From: Spirochaetia bacterium
Lineage (GTDB): Bacteria > Spirochaetota > Spirochaetia > CADAEX01
Length of the DNA: 64,000 nt
Direction: 5' to 3'
Assembly (NCBI GenBank): GCA_045606105.1
Contig: JAZURI010000010.1
Location: 83,726-147,725, forward strand
Part shown: in pieces, positions 10,181 through 19,010 of the stretch
How the letters are laid out: each line of letters begins with the position of its first letter
Position numbering within the stretch: position 1 is the first letter of the stretch
The notes under the pieces: generated by a model
Databases searched by the model: none
Told to the model about the DNA's origin: nothing
What the model saw: only the letters and a program-made list of their open reading frames with translations
Program-made: the position numbers and the translations under genes

Positions 10181-11605
10181 TTAATATCTGTAATGCTCCG
10201 GCTTGAACGGACCATCCACAGAAACGCCTATATAATCTGCCTGTGCCTGTGTAAGCTTTGTCAGCTTAACTCCGATCTTTGAAAGATGGAGTCTTGCCAC
10301 CTCTTCGTCCAGCTTCTTAGGGAGACAGTAAACCTTTTTCTCAAGCTCATCCTGCTTTTCCCAGAGCTCAATCTGTGCCAGAGCCTGGTTTGTAAAGGAA
10401 TTTGACATTACGAAAGAAGGATGTCCTGTTGCACAGCCCAGGTTAACAAGTCTTCCCTCTGCCAGGATGTAGATTGATTTTCCGTCAGGGAATACATACA
10501 TGTCGTACTGAGGCTTGATGTTTACTTTTTTGATTCCTTCGATTTCATTGAGACGACCCACCTGGATTTCCATATCGAAGTGACCGATATTGCATACAAT
10601 GGCCTGATCCTTCATTCCCTTCATGTGCTCGGCGGTAATGACATCACGGTTTCCGGTGGCTGTAACATAGATGTCGGCCCATCCCTGTGTATCCTCCACA
10701 GTCTTTACCTCGTACCCTTCCATTGCAGCCTGAAGCGCACAGATCGGATCTGCCTCTGTAACTATAACTCTTGACCCCATGCCTCTCAGCGACTGGGCAA
10801 CTCCTTTTCCCACATCCCCGTAACCACAGACAACCGCCACCTTTCCTGCCACCATTACATCGGTTGCTCTCTTGAGACCGTCCAGCATGGATTCCCGGCA
10901 TCCGTAGAGGTTGTCAAACTTGCTCTTGGTAACAGAGTCGTTTACATTGATTGCAGGAATAAGAAGCTTGTTCTCTGCAGCCATCTTGTACAGACGGTGA
11001 ACGCCTGTGGTTGTCTCCTCGGAAACACCTTTCAGCTCCTCCATGATTCTGTGCCATCTGTCCTTGTCTTCATTGTAGATACGACCCAGGGTCTTCAGCA
11101 GCTGGAGCTCATCCTCGCTTTCCGCCTCCTTGTTGAGAAGCTCGGGATTTTCCTCGATTTCATATCCCAGATGAACCATAAGGGAAGCATCCCCTCCGTC
11201 ATCCACGATAAGCTGAGGTCCTTTTCCTTCCGGAAATGATATTGCCTTGTAAAGAAGCTCCCAATATTCGGAGATGGCCTCTCCCTTGTATGCAAATACC
11301 GGAACTCCTGCCGGATTTTCTGCTGTTCCTGGACCCACCACGATACCTGCAGCAGCATGATCCTGTGTGGAGAAGATATTACAGCTTGCCCACCTTACAT
11401 CTGCACCCAGATGAACCAGTGTTTCTATAAGAACTGCTGTCTGAATGGTCATGTGAAGGGAGCCTGTGATCCTGACCCCTCTGAGAGGCTGAGCGTTGCC
11501 GTACTTCTCCCTGACAGCCATAAGGCCGGGCATTTCGAACTCGGAAATGGTGATCTCTTTTCTGCCCCATTCATGCAGATTAATGTCTTTTATCAAATAT
11601 TCCAT
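10181..11605 (-). CDS. ahcY: Adenosylhomocysteinase
   Basis: [43 protein letters not shown]; start set at ATG 11605 (GGAG upstream). Confidence 0.97.
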   Translation of the reverse strand: MEYLIKDINLHEWGRKEITISEFEMPGLMAVREKYGNAQPLRGVRITGSLHMTIQTAVLIETLVHLGADVRWASCNIFSTQDHAAAGIVVGPGTAENPAGVPVFAYKGEAISEYWELLYKAISFPEGKGPQLIVDDGGDASLMVHLGYEIEENPELLNKEAESEDELQLLKTLGRIYNEDKDRWHRIMEELKGVSEETTTGVHRLYKMAAENKLLIPAINVNDSVTKSKFDNLYGCRESMLDGLKRATDVMVAGKVAVVCGYGDVGKGVAQSLRGMGSRVIVTEADPICALQAAMEGYEVKTVEDTQGWADIYVTATGNRDVITAEHMKGMKDQAIVCNIGHFDMEIQVGRLNEIEGIKKVNIKPQYDMYVFPDGKSIYILAEGRLVNLGCATGHPSFVMSNSFTNQALAQIELWEKQDELEKKVYCLPKKLDEEVARLHLSKIGVKLTKLTQAQADYIGVSVDGPFKPEHYRY

Positions 11606-11666
11606 ATAAATCTCCAATTATAAAATATCACTTTTATTTTTTTTGATAAAGTGTTATCCTTTAAAT

Positions 11667-12755
11667 ATGCTCAGGGTACTGGTTTTTACCATAGCTTTTT
11701 TCCTCGCATTTCTCATAAATCTCGGTGTTACACCGCTTCTCATCAGGATTTCCCACAAATTCAAGTGGTATGATACCATTGATGAAAGAAAAATTCATCC
11801 CGACAGGATGCCCCGTATAGGCGGAGTAGGTATTTTTGTCGGCTTTGCGGCAGCAGCCTTTGTATATGTCGTAGGTTGTCATATCTTTGATGTGAAGGAG
11901 CTGAACGATCTTTCAAAATATTCCCACCTGTTATTGGTTATCGGATTTTTTATCATAACCTCAATGGGTCTTATGGATGATTTCCTGAATCTGAGAGCCA
12001 GGCTCAAATTTGTTATACAGATAATTGCAGCCCTGTGTATATCTCTCGGCGGCTTCCACTTCCATGTCATCCACATTCCGGGAACCGAAATCGGCTTTGA
12101 ACTGAATCCTGTCATTGCCCATGCCCTTACTGTACTCTGGATAATTGCCTTCTGCAATGCCATAAACCTTATGGACGGAATGGACGGCCTGGCCGGCGGT
12201 ATCTCCTTTATCGGAGCTGTTTTCTACATTATCCTTTTCGGTCTTTCATCCAACTTCACCGCAATGGCGGTTTCAGCCTGTATACTGGGAGCTATATTTG
12301 CCTTCCTTTTCTACAACTTTCCTCCTGCAAAAATATATATGGGGGATTCAGGGAGCCTTCTGCTGGGCTTTTCAATGGCGGTAATACCCCTTATCAACAA
12401 CCAGCCTCCCGTTTCCAGCAATGTCCTTCTCCCTGCTCTGCTGATCTTTATCATTCCTGTAATGGATATGCTGGCAGCAATTCTCAGGCGACACAGAAGA
12501 AAACGCTCCATATTTTCGCCGGACAGGGAGCATCTTCATCACAAGCTTCAGGATTTCGGTCTTCCGGTAAAGGGAGTACTGGCGCTTATCTATTCCTTTT
12601 CCGCACTGGCCGGTATATGTGCACTGATTTTCAGCTCCATAGACAACGGTGCCTTTGCCATGCTTTTTTTCTTTGCGGTGTGGTTCTTCTATGTAAGTCT
12701 CTTCCTGATTGTCCATTTCAAGAACAGGGCCAGAAAGAAGCAGCGTTATAACTGA
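11667..12755 (+). CDS. wecA: WecA/TagO undecaprenyl-phosphate GlcNAc-1-phosphate transferase (GT4/MraY family)
   Basis: RKIH..PRIGG, DD, NLMDGMDGL, YMGDSG, DREHLHH; start moved to ATG 11667. Confidence 0.88.
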   Translation: MLRVLVFTIAFFLAFLINLGVTPLLIRISHKFKWYDTIDERKIHPDRMPRIGGVGIFVGFAAAAFVYVVGCHIFDVKELNDLSKYSHLLLVIGFFIITSMGLMDDFLNLRARLKFVIQIIAALCISLGGFHFHVIHIPGTEIGFELNPVIAHALTVLWIIAFCNAINLMDGMDGLAGGISFIGAVFYIILFGLSSNFTAMAVSACILGAIFAFLFYNFPPAKIYMGDSGSLLLGFSMAVIPLINNQPPVSSNVLLPALLIFIIPVMDMLAAILRRHRRKRSIFSPDREHLHHKLQDFGLPVKGVLALIYSFSALAGICALIFSSIDNGAFAMLFFFAVWFFYVSLFLIVHFKNRARKKQRYN

Positions 12756-13588
12756 GGTTTTTCAAGACAGAACCGGCATATCCTTCCGTCTCTTATTTCG
12801 GTCAGGAATATTCTGGAGGCCTTTTCCGTATCCACCTTTCCCCCTGAAACCAGACAGCCCCTTTTCCTGCCGATAAGCTCCAGAAGCTCATAGTCCCCCA
12901 GCTCAAGATCCTTTTCCTCAAGCCCGAATCTTTCGGCCAGCTTTTTCGGATAGAGATTCCTGAACAGCTCTATTCCCTTGGCTGCAATATCTTCGCGGAA
13001 GAGAATTTCGTCGTTTATGCTTCCGAGAACCGCCAGCTTTTCCCCCACGGCAGGGTCCTCGAACTTATGCCAGAGAATACCCGGTGTATCCATTACCTTC
13101 ATGGAGGCAGATATTTTTATGGACTGTGAAACATCCCTGGTTACTCCCGGCCTGTTCTCCACTTTTCTGGAGCCCTTTCCCGACAGATAGTTGATTATGG
13201 CCGATTTTCCCACATTCGGAACACCCATTACCATGGCTCTGACAGCCCTTCTGCCTGCCCAGTTCATGTTCCTGCAGAGATATTTTCCCTTTTCGATAAG
13301 CTGTGAAAGGTTTTTGCCTGTCTTTGCCGATATCTGGACCACGGCAATGGAATCGTCGGTCCTGAGATACCTTTCCCACTGGCCCAGCAGGTTGGGATCT
13401 GCCAGATCGGCCTTGTTGAGAACCACGATACGGGGCTTTTTCCCTACAATTTCGCTGATCATGGGATTACGGCTTGAGAGAGGAATCCTGGCATCCAGCA
13501 CCTCGATTACAATGTCGGCCTTGCAGAGATTTTCCTTTATGAGCCGGACAGCCTTGGTCATGTGTCCGGGAAACCATTGTAGCGGCAT
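12746..13588 (-). CDS. rbgA: Ribosome biogenesis GTPase RbgA/YlqF
   Basis: QWFPGHM, DARIP, NKAD, GVPNVGKS, DTPG (circularly permuted GTPase). Confidence 0.95.
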   Translation of the reverse strand: MPLQWFPGHMTKAVRLIKENLCKADIVIEVLDARIPLSSRNPMISEIVGKKPRIVVLNKADLADPNLLGQWERYLRTDDSIAVVQISAKTGKNLSQLIEKGKYLCRNMNWAGRRAVRAMVMGVPNVGKSAIINYLSGKGSRKVENRPGVTRDVSQSIKISASMKVMDTPGILWHKFEDPAVGEKLAVLGSINDEILFREDIAAKGIELFRNLYPKKLAERFGLEEKDLELGDYELLELIGRKRGCLVSGGKVDTEKASRIFLTEIRDGRICRFCLEKPQL

Positions 13589-13591
13589 AGC

Positions 13592-14467
13592 TTATCCTAC
13601 TTTAATTAAAATCACTCCCAAAACCATAAAGAGGATTCCGAGAATCTTGTTGACTGTAATCCTTTCCCGGAGAAAAATAAAGCCCAGGACAGAACCCAGA
13701 ACCACGGATATTTCCCTTATCGGTGTAACATAGCTGGCCTTGGCTTCGGCAAACATGGCATAGATAAAAAGGATGATTCCGTAGGAACCCATGATTCCAT
13801 ATCCTATTATGGCCGAATATTTCCATTCCTTCAAGAACAAATTTTTCACCCCTTCCCTGCTTCTGAGAGCCCCGGTGAATACGAAAGGGGTAAGGATGGC
13901 CATGGCAAACAGCTCCTGCAGATTGAAATAGACCAATGGATTGCAGTAGGTGACCCCCACCCTGTCCACCAAGGTATACATTACAGTGCTGAACCCCAGA
14001 AAAAAGGCAAAACGCTGGCTTTTTACATTGTTGAGGAAATCCCGTATCTTATATCCCTTGCTCATGCCGAAAGCCATGATACCGCAGATAATGAGTCCGA
14101 TTCCCCATCTGGCAGCCCCTGAAACCGTTTCTCCCAGGATAAGCATGCTGAATATTGTTATGAAAAGGACACTTGTTCCCCTGGAGAGAGGATAAGCAAG
14201 TGAGATATCCCCGATCTTGTATGACTTTATTATCAGTATGTAATAAAGGTCGTCAGCCAGGGCAGCTACAAGAAGAAAGGGGAGACACCTGAAGTCAAAG
14301 CCGGTGTTATTGATTATCAGAAGCGAAACAGGCAGCAGAGTTACATTAGCTAACCAAAGTCCCATGACCATTACAGGCAGGTCCGATGCTTTTTTCTTGC
14401 TGAAAAAATTCCAGATTGCGTGCAGTGTACCGGAGCACAGAGCCAGAGCAAAAATGGCAGCATTCAT
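13592..14467 (-). CDS. EamA/DMT family transporter (paralog 2)
   Basis: 291 aa hydrophobic; HAxWN, GDISLAYPLSRG, PIRE motifs. Confidence 0.85.
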   Translation of the reverse strand: MNAAIFALALCSGTLHAIWNFFSKKKASDLPVMVMGLWLANVTLLPVSLLIINNTGFDFRCLPFLLVAALADDLYYILIIKSYKIGDISLAYPLSRGTSVLFITIFSMLILGETVSGAARWGIGLIICGIMAFGMSKGYKIRDFLNNVKSQRFAFFLGFSTVMYTLVDRVGVTYCNPLVYFNLQELFAMAILTPFVFTGALRSREGVKNLFLKEWKYSAIIGYGIMGSYGIILFIYAMFAEAKASYVTPIREISVVLGSVLGFIFLRERITVNKILGILFMVLGVILIKVG

Positions 14468-14471
14468 TTTT

Positions 14472-15347
14472 CTATCCTAATTTTATAAAGATTACTCCCA
14501 TAACCATAAACAGGATTCCTATAACCTTATTGACAGTCACCCTTTCTCTCAGAAAGATAAAGCCCATGATAGAGCCCATTACCACCGACATTTCCCTTAT
14601 TGGTGTCACATAACTGGCCTTTGCATCGGGAAACAGAGCATAGATGGAAAGAATCAGTCCGTAGGAGACCATGATTCCGTATCCGATTATAGCTGCATAT
14701 TTCCACTCATCCTTTATAAGCTTGCTTACACCATTCACTGTCCTGAGGTTTCCGGTAAACACAAACGGGGTAAGAACCACTATTGCAAGAAGCTCCTTCA
14801 GATTGTAATAGACCAGAGGGTTGCTGTATGTCACCCCATATTTGTCTATAAGGGTGTAGGCAACAGTGGTAAATCCGAGAAAAAAAGCGAAACGCTGATT
14901 CCTGACATTTCTCAGGAAATCCCGGACCGTATACCCCTTGCTCATACCGAAGGCCAGGATACCGCAGATTATAAGGGCAATTCCCCTTTTTGCCGGTCCT
15001 GAAACCGATTCTCCCATAAACAGCATGCTGACAATGGTGATGAACAGCACACTGGTTCCCCTTGATAAAGGATATGCCAGTGAGATGTCTCCCAGCTTGT
15101 ACGACTTTATTATAAGGATATAATAAAAATCATCTGCCAGCGCTGATAAAATCATATACGGAAGGCATCTCGGATCAAATCCAAAATACTCTATGATTAT
15201 CAGTGATAAGGGTAGCAGGGTAATATTTGCCAACCACAGTCCCATTACCATTACCGGTAAATTTGATGCCTTCTTCTTGCTGTAAAAATTCCATACCGCG
15301 TGTAGTGTTCCGGAGCACAGTGCTATGGCAAATATTGCCGCACTCAT
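14472..15347 (-). CDS. EamA/DMT family transporter (paralog 1)
   Basis: 291 aa, colinear tandem paralog of 13592..14467. Confidence 0.85.
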   Translation of the reverse strand: MSAAIFAIALCSGTLHAVWNFYSKKKASNLPVMVMGLWLANITLLPLSLIIIEYFGFDPRCLPYMILSALADDFYYILIIKSYKLGDISLAYPLSRGTSVLFITIVSMLFMGESVSGPAKRGIALIICGILAFGMSKGYTVRDFLRNVRNQRFAFFLGFTTVAYTLIDKYGVTYSNPLVYYNLKELLAIVVLTPFVFTGNLRTVNGVSKLIKDEWKYAAIIGYGIMVSYGLILSIYALFPDAKASYVTPIREMSVVMGSIMGFIFLRERVTVNKVIGILFMVMGVIFIKLG

Positions 15348-17003
15348 TTATTTCGACCAACCATCCTTCAGAGATACACTCCTGTTAAAAATCAATTTAT
15401 TCTCTGTGGAATCCTTGTCAGGAGAGAAATATCCCTGTCTCAGGAACTGGAAATATTCTCCCTTTCCGGCCTCTTTCAGAGAAACCTCTGCAAAGCAGCT
15501 TCCGAGCACCTTACAGGAATCCGGATTGAGATGATTTATGAAATCTCCCTCCTCGTCCGGGTTTTCCTTGGAGAAGAGCCTGTCATAAAGACGGACCTCC
15601 ACCTTGGTATTCTCTGCCGCACTTACCCAATGGGATGTTCCCTTGACCTTCCTTCCGTCCTCTGTCCAGCCTCCGCGGCTTTCAGGGTCGTAGGTACAGT
15701 GGATAAGGGTTACATTTCCCGCTTCATCTGTCTCGTAGCTTGTACAGGTTACATAATAAGCATGCTTGAGTCTGATTTCCTTTCCCGGTGAAAGTCTGAA
15801 ATACTTCTTAGGAGGATCAATCATGAAGTCCTCTCTTTCGATGTAAATCTCTTTGCTGAAAGGAATTAACCTGCTTCCGCCATTCTCGTCCTCCGGGTTG
15901 TTTTCCCCTTCGAACCATTCAATTTTATCTTCAGGATAGTTGTCGATGACCACCTTTACGGGATCCAGCACCACCATCCTTCTGAGTGCTCTTTTGTTCA
16001 GGTCCTCCCTGAGACAGTATTCCAGCAGTGCGATATCCACGATACTGTCCATTTTGGCCACACCGATCTTTGCCGCAAAGTCCCTGATGGATTCCGGGGA
16101 ATAGCCCCTTCTCCTGAGGCCTGAAATAGTAGGCATTCTCGGATCGTCCCATCCGCTTACATACCCTTCCTTCACCAGCCTGAGAAGCTTTCTCTTGCTC
16201 ATTACGGTATAGTTAAGGTTCAGGCGGGCAAACTCGATCTGCTGCGGATGATGCATTCCCGGCAGCTGCTCAAGGAACCAGTCATACAGCGGTCTGTGGC
16301 TTTCGAATTCCAGGGTACAGATGGAATGGGTGATTCCCTCCACGGAATCCTCAAGTCCGTGAGCCCAGTCGTACATAGGATAGATGCACCACTTGTTTCC
16401 CTGTCTCGGATGCTCGGCCCTTACTATTCTGTACATTACAGGATCTCTGAAGTTAAGGTTTCCGGAAGCCATGTCAATCTTGGCACGCAATGTCTTAGAA
16501 CCGTCGGGAAATTCTCCGTTCTTCATTTTTTCGAAAAGCTCCAGGTTCTCCTCTACGGTGCGGTTTCTGTAAGGACTCTCCTTTCCAGGCTCTGTGAGTG
16601 TTCCCCTGTATTCCCTTATCTCTTCTGCGGAAAGATCATCCACATAGGCCTTTCCTGCCTTGATGAGATCCACAGCCAGCTCATACATTTTTCCGAAATA
16701 GTCGGATGCATAATAAAGGTGCTGTCCCCAGTCAAAGCCCAGCCACCTTACATCCTCCTGGATTGATTCTATATATTCTGTCTCTTCCTTGGCCGGGTTG
16801 GTGTCGTCGAAACGGAGATGTGTTTCACCGTTGTACTGCTTTCCCAGTCCGAAATTCAGGCAGATAGATTTTGCGTGTCCGATGTGCAGATAACCATTCG
16901 GTTCGGGAGGAAATCTGGTAATGACCTTACCGCCGTTCTTTCCTTTGCCGATATCCTCTTCAATGATTTTCTGGATAAAATTTTTTAATACTACCTCTTC
17001 CAT
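15348..17003 (-). CDS. glnS: Glutamine--tRNA ligase
   Basis: [38 protein letters not shown]. Confidence 0.96.
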   Translation of the reverse strand: MEEVVLKNFIQKIIEEDIGKGKNGGKVITRFPPEPNGYLHIGHAKSICLNFGLGKQYNGETHLRFDDTNPAKEETEYIESIQEDVRWLGFDWGQHLYYASDYFGKMYELAVDLIKAGKAYVDDLSAEEIREYRGTLTEPGKESPYRNRTVEENLELFEKMKNGEFPDGSKTLRAKIDMASGNLNFRDPVMYRIVRAEHPRQGNKWCIYPMYDWAHGLEDSVEGITHSICTLEFESHRPLYDWFLEQLPGMHHPQQIEFARLNLNYTVMSKRKLLRLVKEGYVSGWDDPRMPTISGLRRRGYSPESIRDFAAKIGVAKMDSIVDIALLEYCLREDLNKRALRRMVVLDPVKVVIDNYPEDKIEWFEGENNPEDENGGSRLIPFSKEIYIEREDFMIDPPKKYFRLSPGKEIRLKHAYYVTCTSYETDEAGNVTLIHCTYDPESRGGWTEDGRKVKGTSHWVSAAENTKVEVRLYDRLFSKENPDEEGDFINHLNPDSCKVLGSCFAEVSLKEAGKGEYFQFLRQGYFSPDKDSTENKLIFNRSVSLKDGWSK

Positions 17004-17015
17004 TTTTACTCCAAT

Positions 17016-17870
17016 TTATTCCAATATCTCAAAGATTCTCTGAAGATCTCTCTGAGAAAAATAAGAAATTTCAAGTTTTCCTTTGCTCAGGGTCCCTTTT
17101 ATGGAAACCTTGGTTCCAAGCCTGTCCATGAAGCGCTGCTCCGCCTCCTCTATTTCCCGGCTCTTGGTGCTGCCCCTTACGGTGATGTCGGGGCCCTTCT
17201 CTCCGTTCAGTTCCGCAGCCATCTTTTCTGCCTGTCTCACTGTAAGACCTGCACTTATTATCTTATCGAAAAGGACCTTTCTCTTCTCCTCGGCATCTAC
17301 CGAAAGAATTGCCCTGGCATGTCCTGCGGAGATATCGTTCTTTCCCAATGCCTCCTGCATTTCGGGTGCCAGCCTGAGAAGCCTTATGCTGTTGGCCACT
17401 GTGGAGCGTTTCTTTCCTACTATCTTTGCCAGCTCCTCCTGACTGTGACCTCCGGAAACCATAAGGGCGTTATATGCCATAGCCTCCTCTATAGGGGTAA
17501 GGTCCTTTCTCTGAATATTCTCTATAAGGGCAATTTCCAGCTTCTCATGCTGTGAAAATGTACCGATTATAATAGGAATCTTGTCCATTCCGGCCATTCT
17601 TGCCGCTCTGTAGCGCCTTTCACCGGCAATAATCATGTACCGGTCACCCTTTTCCTCAACAAGAATAGGCTGGATTATTCCCTTTTCCTTGATCGATTCA
17701 GCCAGCTCTTCAAGGGATTCCCTGTCAAACTCCTTTCTCGGCTGATCCGGATTCGGAACTATGCTGTTTATGTCGGCAAACTGCTTATCCGTTTTTTCCC
17801 TGCCGTTGTCCTCATAGGAGCCCCGCATGAGAGCATCCAGCCCCTTTCCCAGTCTTTTATCCCTAGACAC
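17016..17870 (-). CDS. parB: Chromosome partitioning protein ParB
   Basis: LGKGLDAL, NPDQPRK, AGERRYRA, ENIQR. Confidence 0.95.
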   Translation of the reverse strand: MSRDKRLGKGLDALMRGSYEDNGREKTDKQFADINSIVPNPDQPRKEFDRESLEELAESIKEKGIIQPILVEEKGDRYMIIAGERRYRAARMAGMDKIPIIIGTFSQHEKLEIALIENIQRKDLTPIEEAMAYNALMVSGGHSQEELAKIVGKKRSTVANSIRLLRLAPEMQEALGKNDISAGHARAILSVDAEEKRKVLFDKIISAGLTVRQAEKMAAELNGEKGPDITVRGSTKSREIEEAEQRFMDRLGTKVSIKGTLSKGKLEISYFSQRDLQRIFEILE

Positions 17871-18618
17871 GACTCAACACCTCTTCTGCTAATTTTTTAT
17901 ATCCTGCAGCTGCCAGACAGTCAGATCTGTAGAGATTGATAGGCATGCAATGGGACGGAGCCTCTGCCACCGCCACATTACGAGGGATTACAGTCCTGAA
18001 AACCTTATCCTTGAAATAATGAGTTACATTTCTGACCACTTCATTGGCAAGCTTTATTCTGGAATCATACATTGTAAATACGATTCCCCCTATCTTAAGC
18101 TCCGGATTCATCCCTTTTCTGATGGTATTTACTGTCTGGACCAGGAGACTGAGCCCCTCCAGCGCAAAATACTCACACTGCATGGGAATAATGATGTAAT
18201 CTGCGGCCACCAGCCCGTTCAATGTAAGAAGACCAAGGGAAGGGGGACTGTCGATGAAGATATAATCCCATTCATCCCGCACCTCTGACAATACATTCCT
18301 GAGAAACCGTTCATTGTCTGCCTCGTTCACAAGCTCCACTGCTGCCCCCGAAAGGTTTATATTGGAGCTGATTCCGCTGAGATTCGGCACCTTGGTTTCC
18401 TGAATTACCTCTTTTATATCCTTTAATCCGGAAATTGCTTCATAAATACCGGCGCACTCCTTATCCAGACCGGCAAAGGTTGAGAGATTTCCCTGGGGAT
18501 CGAAATCCACCAGCAACACCCTTTTCCCTTTTTCGGCAATGTATGCGCCTAAATTAACGGCTGTGGTTGTCTTACCTACGCCGCCCTTCTGATTTGCAAA
18601 AACAATTATTTTAGCCAT
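17863..18618 (-). CDS. parA: Chromosome partitioning ATPase ParA/Soj
   Basis: NQKGGVGKTT, DFDPQGN, DSPPSLG, IPRNV. Confidence 0.95.
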   Translation of the reverse strand: MAKIIVFANQKGGVGKTTTAVNLGAYIAEKGKRVLLVDFDPQGNLSTFAGLDKECAGIYEAISGLKDIKEVIQETKVPNLSGISSNINLSGAAVELVNEADNERFLRNVLSEVRDEWDYIFIDSPPSLGLLTLNGLVAADYIIIPMQCEYFALEGLSLLVQTVNTIRKGMNPELKIGGIVFTMYDSRIKLANEVVRNVTHYFKDKVFRTVIPRNVAVAEAPSHCMPINLYRSDCLAAAGYKKLAEEVLSRV

Positions 18619-18718
18619 CCGGGTTTATTATAACCAAGTTTATTTGTTTTGTCTTTAATTTTTTTGATATTGCTATTTTTTTGCATATGGTTTAATAGTT
18701 AACTAAAAGGAGTCAATC

Positions 18719-18946
18719 ATGAAAGATAAAGTAAGCGCAGCTATCCAGAATATCAGACCAAGCCTCCAGGCTGACGGCGGAGATATCGAACTTGTAAGTG
18801 TTAATGAAGAAACAGGAGAAGTTCTTGTAAAGCTCCAGGGTGCATGTCATGGCTGCCCTATGGCTAAGATTACACTCAAGAATGGCGTTGAAGCATATCT
18901 CAGAAAAGAGGTTGCAGACAATATCGTTGTTGAAGAAGCAGAATAA
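18719..18946 (+). CDS. NifU C-terminal domain (Nfu-type) Fe-S carrier
   Basis: IRPSLQADGGDIELV, LQGACHGCP (CxxC); AAGGAG RBS. Confidence 0.9.
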   Translation: MKDKVSAAIQNIRPSLQADGGDIELVSVNEETGEVLVKLQGACHGCPMAKITLKNGVEAYLRKEVADNIVVEEAE

Positions 18947-18962
18947 TCTGTTTTATTTCATT

Positions 18963-18995
18963 AAAAAAGGCGGCTTTTCACAGCCGCCTTTTTTT
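18963..18995. terminator. Bidirectional intrinsic terminator between nifU and gyrA
   Basis: AAAAAAGGCGGCT-tttcac-AGCCGCCTTTTTT between convergent genes. Confidence 0.85.
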
Positions 18996-19010
18996 GTTTC
19001 ACGTGAAACA
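18995..19010. promoter_or_regulatory. parS: parS centromere site
   Basis: Perfect palindrome TGTTTCACGTGAAACA, matching the bacterial parS consensus; about 0.4 kb from parA and 4.5 kb from oriC. Confidence 0.95.
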
